Assembly (NCBI RefSeq): GCF_963921235.1 | Contig: NC_086097.1 | Span: 124,622,001-124,686,000, forward strand | Source: Mobula hypostoma | Taxonomy: Eukaryota | Direction: 5' to 3' | Length of the DNA: 64,000 nucleotides | Notes under the pieces: generated by a model | The model's input: only the letters and a program-made list of their open reading frames with translations | The model's database searches: none | What the model was told of the DNA's origin: nothing | Part shown: one piece after another, positions 40,101-51,382 of the stretch | Numbering within the stretch: position 1 is the first letter of the stretch | Layout: every line of letters starts with the position of its first letter | Position numbers and translations under genes: made by a program

Positions 40101-41080
40101 AAATTATTGTAAGGAGTTATGAGAGATCGGATATACAAGTATTTGGACAGCCAAGGGCTGATTAAGGATAGTCAGCATCGCTTTGTGTGTGGTAGATCGT
40201 GTTTAACGAATCTTGTAGAGTTTTTCGAGGAGATTACCATGAAAGTAGATGAAGGAAAGGCTGTGGATGTTGTCTACATGGACTTTAGTAAGGCCTTTGC
40301 CAAGATCCCACATGGGAGGTTAGTTCAGAAGGTTCAGACACTAGGTATCCATGGAAAGATTTAAACTGGATTCGAAATTGGCTGTGTGGGAGAAGACAGA
40401 GAGTGGTAGTGGATGATTGCTTCTCAGACTGGAGGCCTGTGACTAGTGGTGTGCCTCAGGGATCTGTGCTGGGACCATTGTTGTTTGTTGTCTATATCAA
40501 TGACCTAGATGAAAATGTGGTAAATTGGATCAGCAAGTTTGCTGATGACACTAAGATTGGAGACGTTGTGGACCACGAGGAAGGCTTTCAAAGCTTGCAG
40601 AGGGATCTGGACCAACTGGAAAAATGGGCCAGAAAATGGTAGATGGAATTTAATACAGACAAGTGTAAGGTGTTGCATTTTGGAAGGACAAATCAAGGTA
40701 GGACTTACGCAGTAAATGGTAGGGCACTGTGGAGTGCGGAGGAACAAAGGGATCTGGGAGTTCAGATACATAACTTCCTGAAAGTGGTGTCACAGATAGA
40801 CAGGGTTGTAAAGAAGGCTTTTGGCATCCTGGCGTTCATAAATCAAAGTATTGAGTATAGGAGTTGGGATGTTATGGTGAGGTTGTATAAGACATTGGTG
40901 AGGCCAAATTTGGAGTATTGTGTGCAGTTCTGGTCACCTAGCTATAGGAAGGATATCGGTAAGATTGAAAGAGGGCAGAGAAGATTTACTAGGATGTTGC
41001 CAGGCCTTCAGGAGTTGATTTAGAGGGGAAGACTGAACAGCTTAGAACTTTATTCCTTGGACCGTAGAAGAATGAGGGGG
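37200..41080 (+). mobile_element. Near full-length decayed CR1 LINE (5' UTR, ORF1 with zinc finger, coiled coil and SGNH esterase, broken ORF2)
   Basis: ORF1 37596-38420 with CSVC...CKRC, VRELELELDEL, VIGDSIVRG and VIHVGTND; ORF2 endonuclease YFNARS, ISETWL, GDFN and SSDH; RT PQGSVLGP and KFADDTK; multiple stops. Confidence 0.95.
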
Positions 41081-41700
41081 CAAACAACAGGAATTCTGCA
41101 GATGCTGGAAATTCAAGCAACACACATCAAAGTTGCTGGTGAACGCAGCAGGCCAGGCAGCATCTCTAGGAAGAGGTACAGTTGACATTTCGGGCCGAGA
41201 CCCTTCGTCAGGACTAACTGGAAGAAGAGATAGTAAGAGATTTGAAAGTAGGAGGGGGAGGGGGAGATCCAAAATGATAGGAGAAGACAGGAGGGGGAGG
41301 GATGGAGCTGAGAGCTGGAAAGTTGATTGGCAAAAGGGATACAGAGCTGGAGAAGGGAGATCATGGGACAGGAGGCCGAGGAAGAAAGAAAGGGGGAGGG
41401 GAGCCTAGAGGATAGGCAAGGAGTTATATTGAGAGGGACAGAGGAAGAAAAAAGAGAGAAAAAAAAATAAATAAGGGATGGGGTACGAAGGGGAGGTGGG
41501 GCATTAACAGAAGTTAGAGAAGTCAATGTTCATACCATCAGGTTGGAGGCTACCCAGACAGAATATAAGGTGTTGTTCCTCCAACCTGAGTGTGGCTTCA
41601 TCTTGACAGTAGAGGCCGTGGATAGCACATCAGAATGGGAATGGGATGTGGAATTAAAATGTGTAGCCACATGCTTTCTCTGGCGGACAGAGCGTAATAA
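41080..41700 (-). mobile_element. Penelope-like 3' end/pseudo-LTR truncating the CR1
   Basis: Reverse complement of the 30400-30930 type of sequence; hammerhead motif at 41180-41215. Confidence 0.85.
41180..41215 (-). ncRNA. Hammerhead ribozyme motif with an intact core and mismatches in helices I and III
   Basis: Minus strand reads AGTC-CTGACGA-A-GGGT(CTCG)GCCC-GAAA-TGTC-AACT. Confidence 0.6.
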
Positions 41701-42131
41701 GCCAGGTGGCAGTAATTCAGCAGGTCAAGCAGTATTTGTGGGGGTAATAACAAGTAATAGTTCAGGTGGACAACGTTTCGTTAAGAACTTCTGCCCTTTC
41801 TGCTTTTTGATACATTCACATGGAGTGGATGGGCAAGAAAGTAACATCGAAGATATCACAGTTTCTGCACTGACCTCAGTTACACGGTTTTTTCCTTCAG
41901 ATTTAAAGCTACAAAACAGGCAAGATTGGTCTTTCAGGGCAGATGTAGTTAGGTCAATAGATATTTTAAAAATCAGTTTTGAAACATTAGCTTTCTTTTA
42001 GGCATAACGTGAAAATACGATTAGTACTATCTCTCCAGAGTGCAACACCACCAATCTGTTTTAATCCCAAGGCGCGTACGATAAACTTCGACCCACCACA
42101 CCCCGGTCTCTCCAACAGTCCCCTTGCCTAC

Positions 42132-42206
42132 CTTTTCATTCCATTTGTGCAATTGGCTGTACCTCATTTTGCAGAGAAGAGATCCGTCCAGGTGAATACC
42201 GTATAC
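42132..42206 (-). CDS. SNX31: Sorting nexin 31, exon 2 (PX domain with RY motif)
   Basis: 75-nt exon bounded by CAG and GTAGGC. Encodes VYGIHLDGSLLCKMRYSQLHKWNEK versus recalled human SNX31 LYSVHLDGFLFCRVRYSQLHGWNEQ (SNX17 has RYSQLLGLHEQ). HLDG and QLHxWNE favour SNX31. Confidence 0.95.
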
Positions 42207-42309
42207 CTGGCACACATGAGGGGAGAAAAGTCGGAACTTCTATTAAAGTGATTCAAGAAATGAGTACCGCGTGTGTTTATGGTTTCGGTGGAAAGAAAGC
42301 ATTCTTTAC

Positions 42310-42474
42310 CACATAGCGCGCTCCCAGAAAGTCACAGCTTTCCTCTGTGTCTCCGATAGTGAACTGCACCTCTGCTCGAACCGCAGGAGAGACGAGTGCC
42401 AAATGTTCGGTGAACGAAGCAAGGCTCAAGGGGGCGGTGTCCGGTGAGGAGATTTCTGGGACGGTGTAATTCAT
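42310..42474 (-). CDS. SNX31: Sorting nexin 31, coding exon 1 (start of PX domain plus N-terminal extension)
   Basis: ATG at 42474 in a GCGAAGATG context; 165 nt, 55 codons ending EVQFTIGDTEESCDFLGARYV, which aligns with the recalled human SNX31 N-terminus MKMHFCIPVSQQRSDALGGRYV; phase-0 donor GTAAAG at 42309. Confidence 0.85.
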
Positions 42475-43509
42475 CTTCGCAAATACCACAGTTTCTTCAG
42501 ATACCGTGCTGAGGTTTCCTTTCCTTATGCAAGATGGTCTTTCACAACACACGGTAGAGACTTCCCTCCCTCTCGCAGCCCTTGCCCTGAGGTCTAATAG
42601 TTGTCACCATTCCCCAGGACAATGCAGACTAAGGCAAGAGGTTACTAACTAGATATAAGACACCTAACAGAGGTCTCCTCCCTCAGTCCTGGAGCGCTGC
42701 AGCAGTGTGCTTGATTCAACAAAATTGTTCGATGCAAAAATTAAATATGTTATCTATGGTTGGGCGGGAGAAGGAGGAGCCACCAGGAGGCAGAGAAGCT
42801 CCAGGTCCCACAGCACCAGGCGATATCTCACAATCCCCATAGATGGTTCTTGACTGCACATATGCAGCCAAGGTTGTTTTCAGCACCTCAAGAGGAATCC
42901 TTGTGGTCGGCAGGTTCACTGATTGGCTCTATTTGGTTCCAGCCAACGCTGTATCGCTTGATGTTGCTTCACTCATTGGCAGCAACCTCCTTCCTTGGTC
43001 ACATTTGGGTACATTTCAAGCAGAGTTTGATAGCTTCCTGATTAGTAAGGGTATCAAAGGTTACGGGGAGAAGGCAGATGAGTGTGATTGAGAGCAATGA
43101 TAAATCAACCACAATTGAATAGTGGAGCAGACTAATTTGGCTGAATGGCCTAATTCTGCTCCTATATTTATGGTCCTAAAGGAGAGGAGCCTGTTTTTTA
43201 TTTGGTATCTTATAACTTTGTAGACATCTATCAGTCTCCTCTCAGCCTCCTCTGCTCAAAGGGAAACAACCCCAGTCCATCTAATCTCTCTTAGCATACA
43301 AGATTCTACAGATGCTGAAAGTCCAGAGTAATACACGCAAAATGCTGGACAAACTCAGCAGATCAGGGAGCATCTGTGGAAAAGAATAAAGAGTCAACAT
43401 TTTGGGCTGAAAGCCCTCATCAGGGCTCAGTGCAGATGACAATGTAGCTGATGTACGCTATGGGGCTATTTTTAAAAATACCACACCTTCTTAAAAACAC
43501 ATACTTTAC

Positions 43510-44272
43510 ACCTTTACAATATGGTCAAATTCACCCTGAAATTTTAGAAGGAGAAGCTAAAGACAGATGTGTCAGTATTTCAGTGGAGTAAAGGGAACTA
43601 CAGAGCCATGAGAGAGGATTTAAACGCAAACAACAGGAATTCTGCCGATGCTGGAAATTCAAGCAACGCACATCAAAGTTGCTGGTGGAACACAGCAGGC
43701 CAGGCAGCATCTCTAGGAAGAGGTGCAGTCGACATTTCAGGCCGAGACCCTTCGTCTCGGAAGAGTTAGTCCTGACGAAGGGTCTCGGCCTGAAACGTCG
43801 ACTGCACCTCTTCCTAGAGATGCTGCCTGGCCTGCTGCGTTCACCAGCAACTTTTATGTGTGTTGCCATGAGAGAGGAGTTGGTCGGAATTGAATGGAAA
43901 AAAACATTGGCAGGGATGGCGACTGAGTAGCAACAGCTGGAATTTCTGGAAGCAATTCAGAAAGCACAGGATATATACATCCCCAAGAGGAAGTATTCAG
44001 AAGGAAAGATGACACAACCATGATTAACAGGAGAAGTCAAAGTCAGCATAAAAACTAAAGAGAGGGCATATAATTGAGCAAAGATTAGTGGGAAGTTAGA
44101 AGATTGGGAAGCTTTTAAAAACCAACAGAAGGCAACTAAAAAAGTCATCAAGAAGGTAAAGATGGAATATGAAAGTAAGCTAGCAAATACTATTAAAGAG
44201 GATACCAAAAGTTTCTTCAGATACATAAAGTGTAAAAGAGAGGTGAGAGTGGATATCAGACCGCTGGAAATA
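43510..44272 (+). mobile_element. CR1 ORF2 fragment hosting the palindromic Penelope-derived insertion
   Basis: KGNYRAMREE...YESKLANTIKEDTKSFFRYIK. Confidence 0.8.
43768..43803 (+). ncRNA. Minimal type I hammerhead ribozyme motif in a Penelope-derived element
   Basis: AGTC-CTGACGA-A-GGGT(CTCG)GCCT-GAAA-CGTC-GACT: intact CUGANGA and GAAA core, GUC cleavage triplet, helix I AGUC/GACU and a minimal helix III. Confidence 0.8.
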
Positions 44273-44915
44273 GTGGAGGGAGGAGAAAATGGCAGCGCAA
44301 CGCAGCGTTTGTGGCCGTTCCGAATGAATATCGTATGTGTTAACTAAGGGGGCCGTGCACAATCCGGATTTGATGGAGACAGCCATGAGAAGCACGGAGG
44401 AACATCTGGAGTAACTTCTGAAGTACCTGCTTTGCTGCCACTGCTGCTGTGCGATCGAGAATCTCCGGAGAGGGAAGGCCCCAAATCCTTGGCTTTGCCT
44501 ATTGTCTGTTGCCAGGGCCGGGGTCAAAGCGCTCAGCAGAGATGGTGCTCGGTGTCGGAGAGCTGGTCGGAGGCTCGGAGTTTCCGGATGGACTCAGAGT
44601 CGGACTGTGGTCGGATGCTTCCAAGATGCTGTGTCGGCAAGTTGGCGGCGCTAGAGGTTCACCGTCTGCGTGAGATGATGGGACTTTCAAGAGACTTTGA
44701 GACTTTTACTGTGCCATGGTCTGTTCTTATCAAATTATGGTATTGCTTTGCACTGTTGTAACTATATGTTATAATTATGTGGTTTTTGTTAGTTATTAAG
44801 TTGGTTTGTCATGTGTTTCTGTGATATCATTCTGCAAAAAAACATTGTATCATTTCTTAATGCATGCATTAGTAAATGACAATAAAAGAGGACTGCGTGT
44901 CCTCATAATCTAAGA
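44272..44915 (+). mobile_element. About 640-bp non-coding retroposon inserted into CR1
   Basis: Begins GGAGAAAATGGCAGCG and ends AATAAAAGAGGACTGCGTGTCCTCATAATC; second copy at 28570-29125. Confidence 0.75.
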
Positions 44916-46219
44916 GGTAGTAATAGGGGACAGTGAAACAGTGGATGGATGCTGATTTCCTGCGACAGTGCTCCTTGTAGATCTGCTCATTTGCAGGCAG
45001 AGCTTTACCTGTGATGGACGGGGCTTTTCTGTTCAAGGGCATTGGTGTTTCCATATCAGGAGGAGATAAAGATGAAGCTCAAGGATGCTGATAAAGGAGA
45101 ACTACCTTTCAGATGAAGCATTAAGTGGATATACCTTCTGCTCTCTCTGGAAGATGTCTTAGATGCCATGGGCTATTTTGAAGAAGGTGCAGGTAAGTTA
45201 AGTGAGTGGGCAATAATGTGGATATTAAGCAGGCGGTGTAAAATGTGGGAAAATGCAAAATTATCCAATTTGGAAGGAAGAATTAGGATGCAAATGTTTG
45301 CAAATTTCTCCAGTTGTACTGTGGAGAGCATTCTGACCAGTTGTATCTCCCCTCTGTTATGGAGGGGCCAACACACAGGACTGGAAAATGTGCAGAGAAT
45401 GGGAAACTCAGCCAGCTCCATGGTGGACACTAGCCACCCCACCATGGGGAACAGCTTCAAAAGCCAATGCCTCAAGAAGCTGGCATCCATCATTAAGGAC
45501 CCTCACCAACCAGGACATGTCCTCTGCTCATTACTACTATCAGGGAGGAGGTACAAGTACAGGAGCCCAAAGACACACACTCGATGTTTCAGAAACCACC
45601 TCTTGCCCTGCGCCGTCAGATTTCTGAATGGACAGAAAACCAATGGTCAATACTTCACCAGTTTCTCTCTTTTTCTACTATGTACTTTTTTGTTGTTTAT
45701 TGTAACTTAGAGTATTTTATGTATTGTGCTGTACTACTGCCATAAAACATGTATACACACAAAATAATTAAGTAAGTAGTGCAAAAAAGAAGTAGAGGTA
45801 GTGTTCGTGGGTTCAATGTTCATTCAGAAACCTTATGACAGAGGGAAGAAGCTGTTCCTGAATCGCTGAGTATGTGCCTTCAGGTTCCTGTACCTCCTTC
45901 CTGATGGTAACAGTGAGAAGAGGGCATGCCCTGGGTAATGGGAGTCCTTAATAATAGATGCTACCTTTTTGAGGGAAAAATCTTTGAAGATGTCCTGGGT
46001 GCTCTGGGGCTCACTGTCATATTTGGCGCTGGCGGATTTTAAAATTTAAATATTCTGTTCTCATGCATGTTGTGTTTTGGAATGTAACACATGAATTTAG
46101 GAGATCTATGTGCAAAGATTTTATAAAGATCTTGTTTCTGTTTCTCTGCCGCTGGGTTTGAAGTCTTGTTTTCACCTTACTCGGTTGACTTCAACGCCGC
46201 CCCATGGGCTTTCTGCTGA

Positions 46220-49200
46220 GTTGCTTTGAAGAAATTACCAGTAGACTCGACAAGGGAGATGCAGTGGATGTTGTACAGTTGGATTTTCAGAAGGCCTTTG
46301 ACAAGGTGCCACACATGAGGCTACTTAACAAGATAAGAGCCCATGGAATTATGGGAAAGTTACATACATGGATAGAGTGTTGGCTGATTGGCAGGAAACA
46401 GAGTGGGAATAAAGGGATCCTATTCTGGTTGGTTGCCGGTTACCAGTGGTGTTCCACAGGAGTCCGTGTTGGGGCCGCTTCTTTTTACATTGTACATCAA
46501 CGATTTGGATTATGGAATAGATGGCTTTGTGGCTAAGTTTGCTGACAATGGGAAGATAGAACCATAGAATCATAGAAAATAGGTGCAGGAGTAGGCCATT
46601 CGGCCCTTCGAGCCTGCACCGCCATTTATTATGATCATGGCTGATCATCCAACTCAGAACCCCGCCCCAGCCTTACCTCCATACCCCCTGATCCCCGTAG
46701 CCACAAGGGCCATATCTAACTCCCTCTAAAATATAGCCAATGAACTGGCCTCAACTGTTTCCTGTGGCAGAGAATTCCACAGATTCACCACTCTCTATGT
46801 GAAGAAGTTTTTCCTAATCTCGGTCCTAAAAGGCTTCCCCTTTATCCTCAAACTGTGGCCCCTTGTTCTGGACTTCCCCAACATCGGGAATAATCATCCT
46901 GCATCTAGCCTGTCCAATCCCTTTAGGATTTTATACGTTTCAATCAGATCCCCCCTCAATCTTCTAAATTCCAACGAGTACAAGCCCAGTTCATCCAGTC
47001 TTTCTTCATATGAAAGTCCTGCCATCCCAGGAATCAATCTGGTGAACCTTCTTTGTACTCCCTCTATGGCAAGGATGTCTTTCCTCAGATTAGGGGACCA
47101 AAACTGCACACAATACTCCAGGTGTGGTCTCACCAAGGCCTTGTACAACTGCAGTAGTACCTTCCTGCTCCTGTACTCGAATCCTCTCGCTATAAATACC
47201 AGCATACCATTCGCCTTTTTCACCGTCTGCTGTACCTGCATGCCCACTTTCAATGACTGGTGTATAATGACACCCAGGTCTCGTTGCACCTCCCCTTTTC
47301 CAAATCGGCCACCATTCAGATAATAATCTGTTTTCCTATTTTTGCCACCAAAGTGGATAACTTCACATTTACCCACATTAAATTGCATCTGCCATGAATT
47401 TGCCCACTCACCCAACCTATCCAAGTCACTCTGCATCCTCTTAGCATCCTCCTCACAGCTAACACTGCCACCCAGCTTCGTGTCATCCGCAAACTTGGAG
47501 ATGCTGCATTTAATTCCCTCATCCAAGTCAATGATATATATTGTAAACAACTGGGGTCCCAGCACTGAGCATTGCGGTACCCCACTAGTCACCGCCTGCC
47601 ATTCTGAAAAGGTCCCGTTTATTCCCACTCTTTGCTTCCTGTCTGCTAACCAATTCTCCATCCACATCAATACCTTACCCCCAATACCGTGTGCTTTAAG
47701 TTTGCACACTAATCTCCTGTGTGGGACCTTGTCAAAAGCCTTTTGAAAATCCAAATATACCACATCCACTGGTTCTCCCTTATCCACTCTACTAGTTACA
47801 TCCTCAAAAAATTCTATGAGATTCGTCAGACATGATTTTCCTTTCACAAATCCATGCTGACTTTGTCCGATGATTTCACTGCTTTCCAAATGTGCTGTTA
47901 TCACATCTTTGATAACTGACTCCAGCAGTTTCCCCACCACCGACATTAGGCTAACCGGTCTATAATTCCCCGGTTTCTCTCTCCCTCCTTTTTTAAAAAG
48001 TGGGGTTACATTAGCCACCCTCCAATCCTCAGGAACTAGTCCAGAATCTAACGAGTTTTGAAAAATTATCACTAATGCATCCACTATTTCTTGGGCTACT
48101 TCCTTAAGCACTCTAGGATGCAGACCATCTGGGCCTGGGGATTTATCTGCCTTCAATCCCTTCAATTTACCTAACACCACTTTCCTACGAACATGTATTT
48201 CACTCAGTCCCTCCATCTCACTGGACCCTCTGTCCCCTACTATTTCTGGAAGATTATTTATGTCCTCCTTAGTGAAGACAGAACCAAAGTAATTATTCAA
48301 TTGGTCTGCCATGTCCTTGCTCCCCATAATCAATTCACCTGTTTCTGTCTGCAGGGGACCTACATTTGTCTTTACCAGTCTTTTCCTTTTTACATATCTA
48401 TAAAAGCTTTTACAGTCAGTTTTTATGTTCCCTGCCAGTTTTCTCTCATAATCTTTTTTCCCCTTCGTAATTAAGCCCTTTGTCCTCCTCTGCTGAACTC
48501 TGAATTTCTCCCAGTCCTCAGGTGAGCCACTTTCTCTGGCTAATTTGTATGCTTCTTCTTTGGAATTGATACTATCCCTAATTTCTCTTGTCAGCCATGG
48601 GTGCACTACCTTCCTTGATTTATTCTTTTGCCAAACTGGGATGAACAATTGTTGTAGTTCATCCATGCAACCTTTAAATGTTTGCCATTGCATATCCACC
48701 GTCAATCCTTGAAGTGTCATTTGCCAGTCTATCTTAGCTAATTCACGTCTCATACCTTCAAAGTTACCCCTCTTTAAGTTCAGAACCTTTGTTTCTGAAT
48801 TAACTATCTCACTCTCCATCTTAATGAAGGATTCCACCATATTATGGTCACTGTTACCCAAGGGGCCTCTCACGACAAGATTGCTAATTAACCCTTCCTC
48901 ATTGCTCAAAACCCAGTCCAGAATAGCCTGCTCTCTAGTTGGTTCCTTGACATGTTGTTTCAAAAAACCATCCCACATACATTCCAAGAAATCCTCTTCC
49001 TCAGCACCTTTACCAATTTGGTTCACCCAATCTACATGTAGATTGAAGTCACCCATTATTACTGCTGTTCCTTTATTGCACACATTTCTAATTTCCTGTT
49101 TAATACCATCTCCGACCTCACTACTACTGTTAGGTGGCCTGTACACAACTCCCACCAGCGTCTTCTGCCACTTAGTGTTACGCAGCTCTACCCATATCGA

Positions 49201-51382
49201 TTCCACATCTTCCCGACCTATGTCCTTCCTTTCTATTGCGTTAATCTCTTCTTTAACCAGCAACGCCACCCCACCTCCCCTTCCTTCATGTCTATCCCTC
49301 CTGAATATTGAAAATCCCTGAACGTTGAGCTCCCATCCTTGGTCACCCTGGAGCCATGTCTCTGTGATCCCAACTATATCATAATCATTAATAACAATCT
49401 GCACTTTCAATTCATCCACCTTACTACGAATGCTCCTTGCATTGACACACAAAGCCTTCAGGTGCTCTTTTACAACTCTCTTAGCCCTTATACAATTATG
49501 TTGAAAAGTGGTCCTTTTTAATGCTTGCCCTGGATTTGTCGGCCTGCCACTTTCACTTTTCTCCTTAGTACTTTTTGCTTCTACCCTCACTTTACACTCC
49601 TCTGTCTCTCTGCACTGGTTCCCATCCCCCTGTTGTGAACTAACCTCCTCTTGCCTAGCCTCTTTAATTTGATTCCCACCCCCCAACCATTCTAGTTTAA
49701 AGTCACCTCAGTAGCCCTCACTAATCTCCCTGCCAGGATATTGGTTCCCCCTAGGATTCAAGTGTAACCCGTCTTTTTTGTACAGGTCACGCCTGCGCCA
49801 AAAGAAGTCCCAATGACCCAAAAACTTGAATCCCTGCCCCCTGCTCCAATCCCTCAGCCACGCATTTATCCTCCACCTCATCGCGTCCCTACTCTCACTG
49901 TCGCGTGGCACAGGCAGTAATCCCGAGATTACTACCTTTGCGGTCCTTTTTCTCAACTCCCTTCCTAGCTCCCTATATTCTCCTTTCAGGACCTCTTCCC
50001 TTTTCCTACCTATGTCATTGGTACCTATATGTACCACGACCTCTGGCTCCTCACCCTCCCACTTCAGGATATCTTGGACACGATCAGAAATATCCCGGAC
50101 CCTGGCACCAGGGAGGCAAACTACCATCCGGGTCTCTGGACTGCGTCCACAGAATCGCCTATCTGACCCCCTTACTATCGAGTCCCCTATCACAACTGCC
50201 CTCCTCTTCCTTGCCCTACCCTTCTGAGCTACAGGGCCGGACTCTGTGCCGGAGGCACGGCCACTGTCGCTTCCCCCGGGTAAGCTGTCCCCCCCCCAAC
50301 AGTACTCAAACAGGAATACCTATTGTTAAGGGGCACAGCCACCGGGGTACTCCCTATTACCTGACTCTTCCCCTTCCCCCTCCTAACCGTGACCCACTTG
50401 TCTGCATCCCGTGGCCCCGGTGTGACCACCTGCCTGCAACTCCTCTCTATCAACTCCTCACTCTCCCTGAGGTGGAGGGGCCAGTAGTGCTGAGGAAACG
50501 CAGAGTCTGCAGAGAGACTTGGATAGATTGGAAGAATGGGCAAAGAAGTGGCAAATGAAGTACAATGTTGGAAAGTGTATGGTTATGCACTTTGGCAGAT
50601 GTAATAAACGGGCAGACTATTATTTAAATGGGGAAAGAATTCAAAGTTCTGAGATGCAATGGGACTTGGGAGTCCTCGTGCAGGATTCCCTTAAAGTTAA
50701 CCTCCAGGTTGAGTCGGTGGTGAAGAAGGCGAATGCAATTGTTGGCATTCATTTCTAGAGGAATAGAGTATAGGAGCAGGGATGTGATGTTGAGGCTCTA
50801 TAAGGCGCTGGTGAGACCTCACTTGGAGTACTGTGGGCAGTTTTGGTCTCCTTATTTAAGAAAGGATGTGCTGACGTTGGAGAGGGTACAGAGAAGATTC
50901 ACTAGAATGATTCCGGGAATGAGAGGGTTAACATATGAAGAACGTTTGTCCGCTCTTGGACTGTATTCCTTGGAGTTTAGAAGAATGAGGGGGGATCCTC
51001 ATAGAAACATTTCGAATGTTGAAAGGCATGGATGGAGTGGATGTGGCAAAGTTGTTTCCCATGATGGGGGAGTCTAGTACGAGAGGGCATGACTTAAGGA
51101 TTGAAGGGCGCCCATTCATAACAGAAATGCGAAGAAATTTTTTTAGTCAGAGGGTGGTGAATCTATGGAATTTGTTGCCACGGGCGGCAGTGGAGGCCAA
51201 GGCATTGGGTGTATTTAAGGCAGAGATTGATAGGTATCTGAGTAGCCAGGGCATCAAAGGTTATAGTGAGAAGGCGGGGGAGTGGGACTAAACGGGAGAA
51301 TGGATCAGCTCATGATAAAATAGCGGAGCAGACTCGATGGGCCGAATGGCCGACTTCTGCTCCTTTGTCCTATGGTCTTATG
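46220..51382 (+). mobile_element. Host CR1 RT fragment split by a nested CR1
   Basis: AKFADNGKI ends at 46558 and the frame resumes GGGASSAEE at 50471, continuing to the 3' tail. Confidence 0.9.
46560..50470 (-). mobile_element. Young 5'-truncated CR1 LINE with near-intact ORF2 (930 codons, endonuclease plus RT) and ORF1 esterase remnant
   Basis: ORF 46894-49686 has LCVNARS, ITETWL, GDFN, GNSDH, NYRPVSL, FDKVPH, KFADDTK and RPHLEYC; ORF1 has IGDSIVRG, VHIGTND and DGLHLN. Confidence 0.97.

Larger units (their letters stand above)
42050..43010 (-). promoter_or_regulatory. CpG-retaining, repeat-free SNX31 first-exon/promoter region
   Basis: Visibly more CpG (GGCGCGTACG, GCGCGC, CCGG) than the depleted surroundings; GC-box-like GGGCGG near 42432 and 42762; lies around and upstream of the start ATG. 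Transcription start cannot be determined. Confidence 0.5.

Noticed and set aside
42277..42309. FFPPKP read-through in the 103-nt intron 1, resembling the PX FPPK loop
   Set aside because: It lies before exon 2 (wrong order) and is followed immediately by a stop; probably coincidence.
46799..50558. Long plus-strand ORFs
   Set aside because: They are antisense shadows of the CR1 ORFs.
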